From positions 737,660 through 801,659 of the forward strand of contig NW_019091356.1 of assembly GCF_001949145.1 (NCBI RefSeq): a DNA stretch of 64,000 nucleotides, in the 5' to 3' direction. The notes under the pieces are model-generated. The model was given only the letters and a program-made list of their open reading frames with translations, had not been told where the DNA came from and did not search any database. The number at the start of each line of letters is the position of its first letter. Position 1 is the stretch's first letter. A program made the position numbers and the translations under genes. Source of the DNA: Acanthaster planci. Lineage: Eukaryota. This document shows positions 40,874-53,421 of this stretch, piece by piece.

Positions 40874-43800
40874 ATGTGTGGGGGATTTACATGCAGCAGA
40901 AATGCGCTAATAGCGCTGAACAGTCTTTATATCGTAAGTAGCTAGCCCGATCTCCAATTTATTTTCGTCGTTCCCGGAGCAAGGAACTACATGTACTGTA
41001 CATGTTTATGCAATCACACGTATGAAGCCAGCCAAACCACCGTTCACCACCATGCACACATTTGTGGGCTCAACCAACCATAAAAACTTCACGTGTGATG
41101 CTTCTCAACCATAAGGCTCCTATTATCGGTGTATACATGTAATATTCAGGCTTTCTTTTCCTGAAAAAAATTCTCCTGTCCACAGTTTCCACACAAAAAA
41201 AGTGATACAGGATTCGAACCCCACAACCCACAGATCACAAACCACGAATGCTGAAAGTTTGAAGCCGCTCTACTATCGCAGTACACACAAGTTGCTGGTG
41301 TTTTTACTGTTAATATATTTGTAATACCTATGAACGGCTGCAACGCAAGTCTGATATTACATTGGACTTACACAATACATTACAACCACAGTGGTTGGGC
41401 TTACGTGTGATTGTATTTATATCTCGATTCCTACCCGTGGCTGTGGCTACATCATGGTGGCACATTCAAAGTTGCATGTCATAACATGGACTCTTCGTTA
41501 TCTGGTTATCATAACCAGACGGGCACATTCATTTATCATGTTCATATCCACATAACACCGGAGGGAAGAGTTCCATAGATAGACGCCAGTCATTATTTCC
41601 TACAGTGACCTCTACTTGCAAGTATTAGCCATCAGACAGCAAAAACAGGAGGGAAAATAGGTCCGTGAAGTCGTTTACTTAGAAAACACTTGCAATTGTT
41701 CATACCAGTCTCGTACTCATAGGGTTTGTGTATAGGGTGTCAAGCGGCATCCGTAAATGGAACTCTTTCCCAGGAAAATTCATGGTGAGCATGAAAGAAA
41801 AACTAAAGTGGCCGCATTTTGATGTTGTGCCAAAATTTGGTTGTTTATTCAATGATGATTAGTTTTTCCTGTTCACTGATGTTTGAGCAATTGATCGTTG
41901 CTCTGTTGTCTTGACATGGTCTTCAGCCAATAATAAAATTAGTTAAATGTCACACATCAGAATGCACAACTTGTTCTTGGAGCACTTCTGTTTCTTTCAT
42001 GATACACATGCATTGCTAGGCATTCAGGTGTACACGTCAAATAATTGTTGGAGTGTATTACATATACGTACATTACTGCTGTGCAAATCTAGTTCTAAAT
42101 GTATCGGTACATGTACAAAGTACGGGATACTTGGGTACAATTTAGGCTGAGGTTAAAGTTTGTCTTTGTGTTGTCTCAAAGACATGATAAAATTTGGTTC
42201 TAATTCAATGTTAACTTCATAAACAACAAGCGAGCCCAAGTAACAAATTTTTTAAAGTGAACTCAACCCTCACTTTGCAAAATCCTTCAAAATTCCCTGC
42301 AAGGTTTTGTAATTTTTTTAGGAATGAGGTCGTGGAACCCAGTCACGGTAACTATGCATGTATTGGGTGCAGTATTGCTAGATCTCTCTGCGCAATTGTT
42401 TGACTCTGCATAAATTCTCCAATTTTACTTCCCTTTTTTTGAAAGAGTCTTTCACAACCGTAAATTTATAAACACAAAAAAATTTGAAGGCGATTGGCTG
42501 ATGGTGGAATTATGAACAAAGTGTGAAGTATCTTTTCCTACCTCCATGGATCAACTGATCTCGCAAAGATCGAGCGATCACACTCAATACACGTACATGA
42601 GGGGTTTAGCGTCTCAAGATAGTTGAGTACGGTAAACATTTTTCTTGTTCCCAGTACAGTAAAGCATACTTTTCATATTAAAGAGTTCAGTATTCAATTT
42701 GAAATATTGTTCATTCTTTTGTTGAAACATTTTCTGTTCATTTCAAAATGTCAGTCCTTGCTTTCACAAGCTTCTTTTCCTCAGTCATCCCCACAAAAGA
42801 CATGCTTTCTTTTCCTATGACTGATTGGACATCATCATTGAGTGTGTTAAGATTACAATCAATATGAGAAGGAGTATTTGTAAGTGAACACTTAGCCTCC
42901 CTGGTTCCAAATGTGGAACTCTTCACATTTTCCTATGACTGGTTAAAGGTCAGGTCGGAATAGGATTAAGCCCTCACACTAAGCTCCCCTCCCCCAATCA
43001 AATAAACAGGACTTCCTGAATTCAATTAGTCTTCAGATTCTGCACCACTGGTCGATTGAGAGTAGGAGCCGGCTTTCAAAGCAACACATTTGTGCCCAGC
43101 AGTAGAAATTGACTTGGCCAGTAGCCTGTGTATGATCACCGGAGTTTGACTCACCGTGGACACATTACCAGTGTGGCTTTCATTTACTCCCTCAAATTAA
43201 TTCAACTGGGAATGTATGGTCTGCTCTTTCAAAATACAATGTAGGAATCACATCACAAGATTATGGGTCATTCTGTAAGTTTAGGGTTCAGTTTTTTCCT
43301 GTCCCATTTACATCTGGCATATGATTTTTTAATGTTAAAACTCATTTTGTAACGCCAAGATTTAATAAGTACTGCAAAGTACCCGCCAAACAAAAGTATA
43401 AACGTAACTTGAAATCACTTGATAATGGTATATCCTTTATCAAAGCATACATGTATATGTCAGGCATAATGGATGAAAAAATACATTGGACCCCAAATTT
43501 ATAGAATAAACCTTATAAGAAAAGAGTTACATTGACATTAATTTTTTTTCAGCTATGTGTCTTTCTTGGATGATTCTTTGCCATTAAAGCTATGATTCAT
43601 ACATATGCAAATTGCCTATTTTCCTGTTAGACCAACCTTTGCACAATGCCATGTTCTCTTTATTCAAACAGTAGCCCATGCTGTCTGCATGTGAACATAA
43701 TATTATATGGAAGTTACCAGGTACAGTACGGTATACATTCACTAACAGTAACAAACTGAAATCCATGAAACAAAGTACATACATGAACCGTTAATGCAGT

Positions 43801-46800
43801 TTTCCAGGCTGTTAAGTTTGTCAGTCACCACAAATTAGTGCGCAATTCTGTTTTTGATAACACTGTAAACCCCGGTCAACCCTTTCATTGAAGAAAAAGG
43901 TTATCAGAAAAGTTTATGATCGGGATTAATAGTATTAATGTTACTTCGGCTTCTTCAGTTGCTACATGCAGTTATTAAATAGGTAAACATCAAGTTTAGA
44001 GCTAGAAAGAAGTTGAAAAGAAATCAGGAGTCCAAACAGTTGTGTGAGTGTTCAGGATTTGTATTCAATGACTCCTTGTACTTGCGAGGTAAAACTGTCT
44101 AAACATCCAAAATGAGTTGAGTTACGTAACATCTCTGCAACATATCATCAGATTTACATGTACATGAAGTCTTCAGTGTTGACAAGATATCATCCCAAGC
44201 TTTGATTTGAAATGGAAAACAATGATTTCTGACAATCAGTTTGGGAGAAAATAAATATTATTTTTGGATTACATATTTTTGGGGTCACCCTGTATAGTGT
44301 GCATGCCCTTTGTTCTGTGTAATAAAACTACATGTGCATGTATAAGCCCATGACATTGCACATGTGTTGAGTTACTGGTAGGCCTGCACATTCATAACAC
44401 AGAACTGTTTTTATATGTGCACATTTATGGTCCATGCACTGCTCATGTTTTATATCTTTTATTAACTGAAAGCTGATGCTTTCCGTCCTGGACTATGAAA
44501 CTGGTTTTGGATTTCAAAACCAATGCTTTACCTCTTTATGATCTCACCATTTCCTGGAAAAAAATTTAATTCTTCAGGTACAATGTGCAAGTCTGGTCTT
44601 GCACATTGCATGCATCCCGGATGGTTGATTCAACATTAGAGTGAACTCATTGTCAAATGAAGTTTGTCACCCTCAGTGCGTACCATAATTTATGATTTGC
44701 AACATATTCAGATGTACTTTTATGTCATGCAGTAGCCCACGAAGACCTTTGATTGCTGATAAGCTTGTCCAAATCACTTCTCAGCGTAAATGTTTTTTTT
44801 TAATTCAAGATCCACCAAATTTAGCTGCTAAGCAAAGAAATCCTGATAACCATTACTGCTTTCATACAACCCCGGATGCAAAGAATATTTCCTTTCCATT
44901 TGTGAAACATTTTCCATTGAGTAACATGTATTTTATTGCCATGGTTTGTTGGATAGCATTGTTCAAAGGACTGTGACAAGTCTAATTCCAATCAGCAGAT
45001 GACATCATAGTACACAGTTTATTGGTAATGCACCATACACCATGTACATGTAATTTATACCATTACTGGTGACCTTTAGCACTTGCATACAATTTACTGC
45101 TCATCTGAGGTTGTATTGTCATTGACACGTGGTTGAACCATTGTATGTAGGGAACATATGGATTGTGGGATTTTGCAATACTGGTAATTATGATAATTGA
45201 TCGAGATCATTTCATGACTAATATACATGTAGTGTATTGTACACATGTACAAGTACACATAAACTCTCTGGTTCATGCTGTTTTGTGAAACAGCACAAAA
45301 ACATCCAATGAAAAAAGGATAAAATATCAACAAAATAGCTTGCTCAACTGTCTCTAGTCAAGACAGGAAGCTAATTGAAGCTAATTGTACTGTGCTTACA
45401 TGTACTTGCCTTGTTATACAATTGTTTCAGTTACATGCAAGCCTATGTGCTACATTAGCACTGCCTACATCCTGAGGTATTTTTATCTATGTAATTTAGA
45501 AATCCATTAGCTAATTGATCACTAAGACAGACATTTTGCTGGTATTTACTCCGAACATGTACATGTATCTACTTCATAATTGATGGTAGACTCTTTGATG
45601 TCCTGTGGGAAGGGGAAGGTAGAACGTTTACTAAAATTCTTCCTTTTTGACATTTTTTTTTGGTGAAAACCTTTTCATGCAAATAAAGGGTTACTCTGAT
45701 TGTATTTCATTTTTTCAGTGTTTTAGCATACCTACATGTGGATGTAGATGTAGATGTGTGTGACATATTTTGGTATTCCTCATGAGTTGGACATTCAGTA
45801 CTTGTAAATGAAAGCATACATTGTAGGTCTTTGGAGATACTCCGGGTGGGAGCTATAAGATTGGCTGTGCCGGTACACTGACTCGCATGATATGAAACAC
45901 ATTTGAAGTATGACACTCGTTATTTCTGTAATAGCGACAGTACAGCATTGAGCATGGTTAACAGACTGCCTGCTGCATGTGCTGTGTGTATGGACACAAA
46001 TGCACAGTGGGTTTATTATGATTGATCATGTGCTTGCAGATTTGGGAAGGTCAAGCCTCATTTCCAGCAAAAATATGAAGTTGATGTAAAATCTACTGGT
46101 GAAGAGAATCCTTCAGAAATGTTCAATGTTCTGTCACAAGTTTGTACATGTCATGTATCTCAGTTCTCCACCATCTGTTCTATGCACACATTGAAATGTA
46201 CACAAATCAAGTGAGAAGGTCATGAACTGGTACCCTGTAAGGCGTATATCAACATACGTGTATATTATACATGTACTTCTATACAGTATTTACAATACAA
46301 AAAATATATGTACCATAGATTTGTCGTGTAAAATACGGGCTGCATCGATCAGAATGAACATTTTGATTGTCGACTTTCTTTAAATTCTAAACCAGAATTG
46401 TACTTACTTAATATAGATGTTTGTTGCTATTGCGAATCAATTCTTCACATGTGTACAGGTAGGTTAACGGAAAACAATTCTCCTCAAAAATTGCTCCAAG
46501 GAATTTTACTTTATTAGATTTTTGAAACGTGGATTCTTGAGTGTTTGGAAATCCAGGGCAGTGAGGCGATGTCAATTTAGCCTGGGAGCACTAGATGATT
46601 TACATGGCGAATGCTTGGCGGTTTATCCAGCCTCCTGTAAGCTAATCTATCAGGCATTTCTATTGCTTGGAGCCAGTGGCCATCTTGTTGTTTAGAAGAC
46701 GTGGTTATTATTCTAATGTTAGATTGATTAATGATTGCTACATGTACGTGTCTTGAAATGATGTGCTTGGATGGTTTGCGTACAGTTTCAATCTTTGTCA

Positions 46801-49800
46801 AGAGCTGTAATGAAAAATTGATGAATTTTTAGCAAAGATTTGAAAATGTCAGAGGACAAACTCTCCGGGTATTTTCTTTTTTTTTACTGATGATTGCGCG
46901 ATTAGTGATCGGTGAAGCTGAACTTTGCACTTTGAGATCTCTAATGCAGTAACAAATTTAGAAATGACTCATATGGTTACGTGTAAGTCACCCTGAGCAC
47001 TGCACCTTAAAACCTTCCTTCTGCTGTAACCGTCAAAAACAGTCAAAAATGCCTTCCCCTTGATTTCCCCCAGTACACAGACACATATGGGGAATTTGAC
47101 TGATTTTGACGGATATGACAACTGTGTCATTAAGGTATCTTTGCATAGGAGGGTTTCAAATAAGCCCAAATCCAATTCCCCCATTCCACAGTAGTTGACT
47201 GTATGGTTAGTCCATTCTGTGTTACATGTACACCTAAATGCACATGTGCCCTACTCCATGCATACATGTGTGCTACCGGGACCTGTTTAGATTTTGGCTT
47301 ATTTTTACCAATTCAAAGAATGAGGCATTACTCTGCTGTATGAATTAACCCTAAGAGTCCCAAATCCTCCAATTTCAATACAATTTTACATACACTCTGG
47401 GGGGTTAGGGTTTTAAATTTGAGGAGAACGCATACATGTATGATGTGACGATTTTTTTTTATACCGTACAGTAGATGCAAGCATAAAGTGTTGAATTTGA
47501 AGCTCATTCTGAGTGAACCAGGTACACGTAAAAGACAAACACTGCTCACAGTCAAACTCCAGGGTATCAGGATTGGGATTACATTTGATATCACTGTGAA
47601 ATTGTCCAGATAACTGGGATTACTCCAGATGGAAATGATCAAGGAGATGTAAATAATTTGGAGGCTGTGCTTGGCAAGACATCTACTCATATCGTTCATG
47701 TCAGTGCACATTGTGAGTGTTCATATGAAACACTTGTACGGCGCTGCACACCAATCTATCGCTTCCCTGCTATGCAACACCCATATGTTGGTTGATCATT
47801 GACCATTGACAAGATGAGCAGTCTCACCACAACATCATGCCATAACTCAAGACCTCTCTGACAATACTACCTACATGTAGCAATATCTAGCACCATTTGT
47901 GTGAGTACTAAGTACATTATTGATCCAAATCCTGAAGCTGGATAATTGGATAGTTAAAATTGCTCTTACTTTGATAGATTGTGGTTTATATAATAAACAG
48001 AAATAACATTGTGACAGGCACATGCATGGTCTTGAATTTGCCCGTACATTAATTTTTTACCTAGTAGAGCTTTTGAAAAACTCCTTTTTTTATGGTTGTT
48101 TAACTTTTAAACACTTATTCTTTTTTGTACTGTACGTTAGTAAAATGATAAGAATAAATGTAATTTTGGTTTTGCATTTTTTGTGAGTTCAAAAGAAATC
48201 CACACCTTTCTTTTGAAATAATTTACACAGAGGTCTTTAATCTCGCATAATTTATGTCTTGGCAGAATAGTCAAATTCCATACTGCCTTACTCTTGTACA
48301 TGCATATGCATAAACCAGAAACGGAGATTTACATGTTTTCTCAGCTAGGAATATTGACTATCCTAGCTTGGTCAGTGTTACTGTGGAAGAAACATAAAAC
48401 CAGACCCTCCCAAATTCTTTAAAAAATGCTGAAATATATTTGAGAATTATTAAGAATTTTAGCAGATATGTATATCCTTGTCAGTTTTACAACAGAAAAA
48501 ATTTGATTCCCTTAGAAACCTGAAGCACATGTATAAGATAGTGTGGGGAAGATTTCATTGCATTTACACTTCCAGAAAAATGTTTCAGGAGTTCAGCGTT
48601 GTTAACTGTATGTAAACCTTCTCTGAGCTAAAAGTCAGGATGATAAATTCTCAGGGAGAGCCAGTCTATGACATGCTATGAATCACTTTTTGTTTGTTTT
48701 CTTTCCTTATCTTTCTATCAGATTGTAGCTTTGATCCTGATCATTGTTCCACCAGTTGCTAAGAGCGCTGCCTACGTCTCTAGCATGTACATCGTGGGCG
48801 GGATCATTGCCTGCGGAATCTTCCTATTTGCAGTAGCCATTATTGGTCTGGTGGGAGCGCTTAAACATCATCAAGTGTGTCTCTTCTTTGTATCCTTGGC
48901 AACTCAGCTCTTTCCATGTGAATACATTTTAAGAAATCTTTGGAGATCAGAAATCTCAGTTTTAAAAGTCATGCCCAACATCCCTTCGCCTTCTTCAAAA
49001 TACTTCATGGAGCAAAACAACAAGCTTGTCCTGAATTTGGTTCAAGAACTAGAACAAAAGGGTTTTGTTGCTCGGGTCTAGAAATTAATCAAACACAACA
49101 GTTTTGCCCTCTCATTTTGCATTCCATTCAGTATTGTAAGGGTTAATGGAAGGTGTCATCTTTACAACTGTGGAATGTGATCATCTCAAGCCATGCTTTG
49201 AGTCAAACCGACTGACCGACCGACTGGCTGACTGACTAATCTTGTATAACTGACTAAGTAGTATTGTGAATTTCTTAGGCCATTCCACCAGTGACCTTGA
49301 ATGTCTAGTGAATGTGACTGTCATTAAAAAGTGTGCACAAACCCCTCCCCCGCCCAGATCTCGCTGATCAGGTTAATAGTTCAACAGAAAAATGTACCAC
49401 ATTGTAACAAGACACTTAGCTTTTGTTTTCTGATATTTGTACATTTGTTGAAAATTGTATGTAAAGTTCTCATTAGCATGAGCCCATCTGTGTAGATTTA
49501 TTTCAAAATTTCAGTTTCTTGAAAGTTTTATATTTGTCTTTGCATTTCGTTTCATTTTTACTAATTGATCCTATTTTCATTTGCATCATATCAAAACATT
49601 GTTTTCCTGAGTTGTTACTACCTGTTGCACAGTACATGGTGATCTTGTTCCTAGTGTTCCTGATTCAGTTTTCAGTCTCCATTGCTTGCTTGGCACTTGG
49701 CAAAGAACAGCGAGGAAAGCTGGTGAAAGCTAGCTGGAAAAATTCTAGCAACGGTACAAAGTCGGACATTCAGAAAGGCCTGGATTGCTGTGGGTTTGAT

Positions 49801-52800
49801 GCAAATGACACCACGCACCCTTCCTGCCACGAGGTATACCACCCGTTTTGATTTTGGAATAATTTGAAGTTCCTTCTCAGCTGAGTGCCGCTGGAGATTG
49901 GCACAAAGAGGCCATTTTACAACTCCAGTGTCACTATCTTAAGGCACTTTTATCTGCATCAAGCGGCTACCTACCCTAAGCCCCACATTCCACCCCAAAT
50001 CTGAAAAAGCCCATTTAAAAAATTGGATAGAAATTAAAACTATAAAGATGAACAAAGAAATGGACTGGAGCAGGATTTGAACCTGTGACCTCTGGAACAC
50101 CATACTGGTGCTCTACCAACTGAGCTATCCTGCCCTATGTTGGTGGCTTTCCCCATTTGTCAATTATCTTTGTTCAGGGGCACTAATCAGAAGCCAAGTA
50201 ACCTGAACATTATAGCTAAGGATCACATTCCAATTATACATGCTGCAACCTGGGAAGTGGTGAACAGGGATTGCTTGGGGGGATGTGGCTTTTTGAACAC
50301 ACATCATGAAGCAAACTATATAGGGAAACTGACTAGGTCCTTACATATCATAACTGATAGCTCAGTTGGTAGAGCAATGGTCCAGTATTCCGAAGGTCAC
50401 AGGTTCAAAGCCTGCTCCAGTCAATTCTTTTGTTCATCGTTATAATCATATATAAGCATCTAGTAAGTTGCCCTGTATAGTTTGTTTCAGAAGTTAAAAC
50501 TGTTAATAATCCCAGGAAAACTGTCAAACAATTCCAAAGCTTGTTGGCATGTTGACCATTGCACGGAAAACAGTCAGCTGTCATTTGTGAGTGTAAAACA
50601 GTTTTCTGCTGTCTTTGGCAATTAATTCAGTTCACCTATTGAGTTGAATACTCCAATAAACTAGCACATTACTCCTAGCTACCCCAAGTCACTCCAACTG
50701 TAGGTTTTATCAAGGTTGGGCTGATTCCGTGACATACATTGTGAAGTTGTTAGTCAACTTTGTTGGATTGAGGACGAAATGCCTAGGGTGATGGTGTTGG
50801 ATTTGGTTTGAGTGTAGACACACAGCGGTTGCTCCAGGGAGTGACTGGCAAGTGGTACCATGTGTTGGACTGTGCTTGATTTTGTCAGGTTTGACACTGC
50901 TACTTTGCAAGTCACCCGTACACTGCAGAGACCTATCCATACCAAATGACTCAAACTTCAACACTGCTGACCTGTTACAGTTGAACAGACTCTGTCCAGT
51001 CACAAGCCAGTTATTAAAGTGACCCCCTTGTCGCAGTTATCTGTTGAACTTCTGTAGGCTCAATACCAATGTTATATTCAAGTCCATCATAAGTCCCTGT
51101 AAGTCCATCACAAGTCCCTATAAGTTCATCACAAGTCCCTGTTAGTCCATCACAAGTCCCTGTTAGTCCATCACAAGTCCCTGTAACTCCCTGTAAGTCC
51201 ATCACTTAACAAGTCATTCAGTCTTAAGCCAATTCACAAAATATTCAAATGAGCTGTGACAAAAACATTCTTTTGTCATTGTTCACCCTATTATTTATGA
51301 CTGGCCTTGTGAAAGGACTTGTGACTGACTTGTGATGGACTCGAATACAACACTGCTCAATAATGTATCTAGTACGGTATAAAAACCCAGGGGATTAGAT
51401 AATATTTGTGAATAGAAATGTTGCCTTTATGGTTCTGTTGTCTATTTGTCTTTGCAGGTACAATGCTGTAAAACTGGTGAAAACTGCTCCGATTGTAAGC
51501 CTTGTAAAGACAAGTTGGATGATGTGTTTTACCAAGGTCTTCACTACTCGGGCGGAGTTGGTCTCTTCTTTAGTTTTACAGAGGTAGGTCAGGTTGCTAT
51601 CCTTTGATTGTCATGTTGGCATGATGGTTAGGTTATTAAGAGCCTTGATGTGTGATCGGAGGATCGTTATTCTTTATCCAAACAACATCATAAACCATCA
51701 TATCAGTGTCAAGATGTCTGTATGTTTTAGGTTGGTTGAAACCTCTTAATCCATTTTTGACTTCTTGTGATGGTGAAAAAGTGCCAGAGTTTGAATGAAT
51801 TTTTGTTACTGTAGTCATTTTTTTAAAACCAGAAAGGGAAATGAGAAATTTGAAATCAGGTGTCAACAAGACAAAGAAAACTTAGCTCAGCACTTCTCAT
51901 ACTGAGAAGGTGTCTCTTAACTAACTGTATCTCAGTGGAAAAGAGTTATCCAGCTCTACACCAATCAGAAATTAGGATGCAAAATTTGTCATTGTTTTCT
52001 TACATGTACTTCATTTGAACTTGGCCTAAAGGCGTTGCCATAGCTACTCACATTGTACTAGATGGAGATTTGTCACCAGCCATCACCTCTGTTCCCTTCT
52101 GTCTCATATCAGTCTTTTCAAACGTTTCTCCATCAATACACAGAAAACCTTGAATATTCAGTGATAAAAGCTTTCCATGTTGAAGTCGTTCCTCATTCGC
52201 TTTCACCTCACTCCTCTTATTTTTATGTTTGCACGTCCCTGCACATTAGAGAGATTATCCTCTATGCATGACTGTAAGAGGGCGCTCTTACCTTGAATGA
52301 AACGTACCTGAAGTAAAAGGGGTCATTACAGTGCATTGTAAGCAGAACTAGAATGTTACAAAGGACAGTGTTAAGGTTTCCTCCCAAAGTGCATGTGTAA
52401 GTTTCACTGGTTTGGAAGAGTTTAGAACGTACAGTTCATGCACCACCATTCACTTATGAGTGCCATCTCATTCTAAGTAAAATCTCCCCATTCAACTGTT
52501 TCAAGAAGCCTGGCAGTGTAAAGGTTTCCTCCCAAAGTTGTAGTTGTGGCAGAAAGCAATGGAAGTCAATGGATACTGGCTGTGACTGTGTGCCATAGAC
52601 ATGTGTGATACATGCAGCTGTAGCCAGTTGATTTGGACATGACGTGACTGTGCTGGTGCTAATGTCGCATGTGCTTCTCTAGATTGGATTTGAAAGCTAC
52701 TGCAGTCAGCCCAACAATGAATCTGCTGATAGGTGTTGACCCCGTAGATCTTCACCTTAGCAGTAAACAGCCATTATTTCTGCTGTTTTATTCCCAGACT

Positions 52801-53421
52801 CAAATGACTGAAGTTTTTTTTGGCCACCACATTGTTGCAATAAAATATTAAAACCATTTAAGTAAATTAACATTTGGTGGTGGCATCTAGCGATGCAGGT
52901 TGACATTTTCAGTGGTTTTTCACTCCTTTAGAAGGTTCACTAACACAACCTCAGCTTTCACTATCCTTGTCAAAGGAAATGTTTTGTTCCTGTATGGACT
53001 ACTGGGCCATTGACTCCATCACGTGGAACATTACACCTGCACGGAGGCGTAGATCTTCGTAGGTGCTACTCTCCCGGAAAAGGAAAAAAAAATTGCATGT
53101 CCTTTTCTGAAATAAAGATTACAATTTCCTTGAGTAATAATGTGAATGCTCCTGTTAGTCCCAGCTCCTTTCAAAAGTTACTTCAGAACCCTGATCTGTT
53201 TATACTGAACCAAACATTTATCCTCCAGCTTTGCTTTTATACCATTTACACCTGAATATCAAGTATCCTGCTTTCGTTCATTTTATTTCTTTCTGTCTTC
53301 TCTTCTCTTTTCATCCCACTATACGTGCCACGCCTTCCACCTGCAGCTGATCGGGGTGTGGTTAGCTGTGCGATATCGGAACCAGAAAGACCCAAGAGCA
53401 AATCCTAGCGCGTTCTTGTAA
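40874..53421 (+). CDS. Tetraspanin-13/31-like (Tsp97E-type), conserved paralog B, 5 exons, 209 aa (isoform with last exon 5a)
   Basis: Phase-0 exons 40874-40933 ([20 protein letters not shown]), 48722-48889 (...[12 protein letters not shown]), 49633-49833 ([21 protein letters not shown]...LDCCG), 51458-51583 (...[11 protein letters not shown]), 53347-53421 ([24 protein letters not shown]). The CGGF N-terminus, KHHQV.LFFYM and [16 protein letters not shown] tail are TSPAN13/31 hallmarks. Confidence 0.95.
48890..49632 (+). other. U12-type GT-AG intron 2 of tetraspanin B
   Basis: Canonical U12 donor GTATCCTT; branch-like TTTTCCTGAG at 49602-49611; weak polypyrimidine tract; same position as in paralog A. 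Confidence 0.85.
50041..50489. mobile_element. Back-to-back tRNA-like inverted-repeat element, copy 1
   Basis: Minus-strand tRNA-like unit plus tail 50041-50135; plus-strand unit from ~50355 (GATAGCTCAGTTGGTAGAGC...GGTTCAAAGCC) with tail to 50489; 50307-50352 is an inverted copy of the tail. Confidence 0.8.
51067..51355. mobile_element. Non-autonomous hAT-like element with an internal 21-bp minisatellite
   Basis: Termini CAATGTTATATTCAAGTCC and (rc) CAGTGTTGTATTCGAGTCC; 8-bp TSD CTCAATAC (51059-51066) / CTCAATAA (51356-51363); internal CAAGTCCCTGTWAGTCCATCA repeats. A related end fragment lies at ~19040-19115. Confidence 0.8.
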
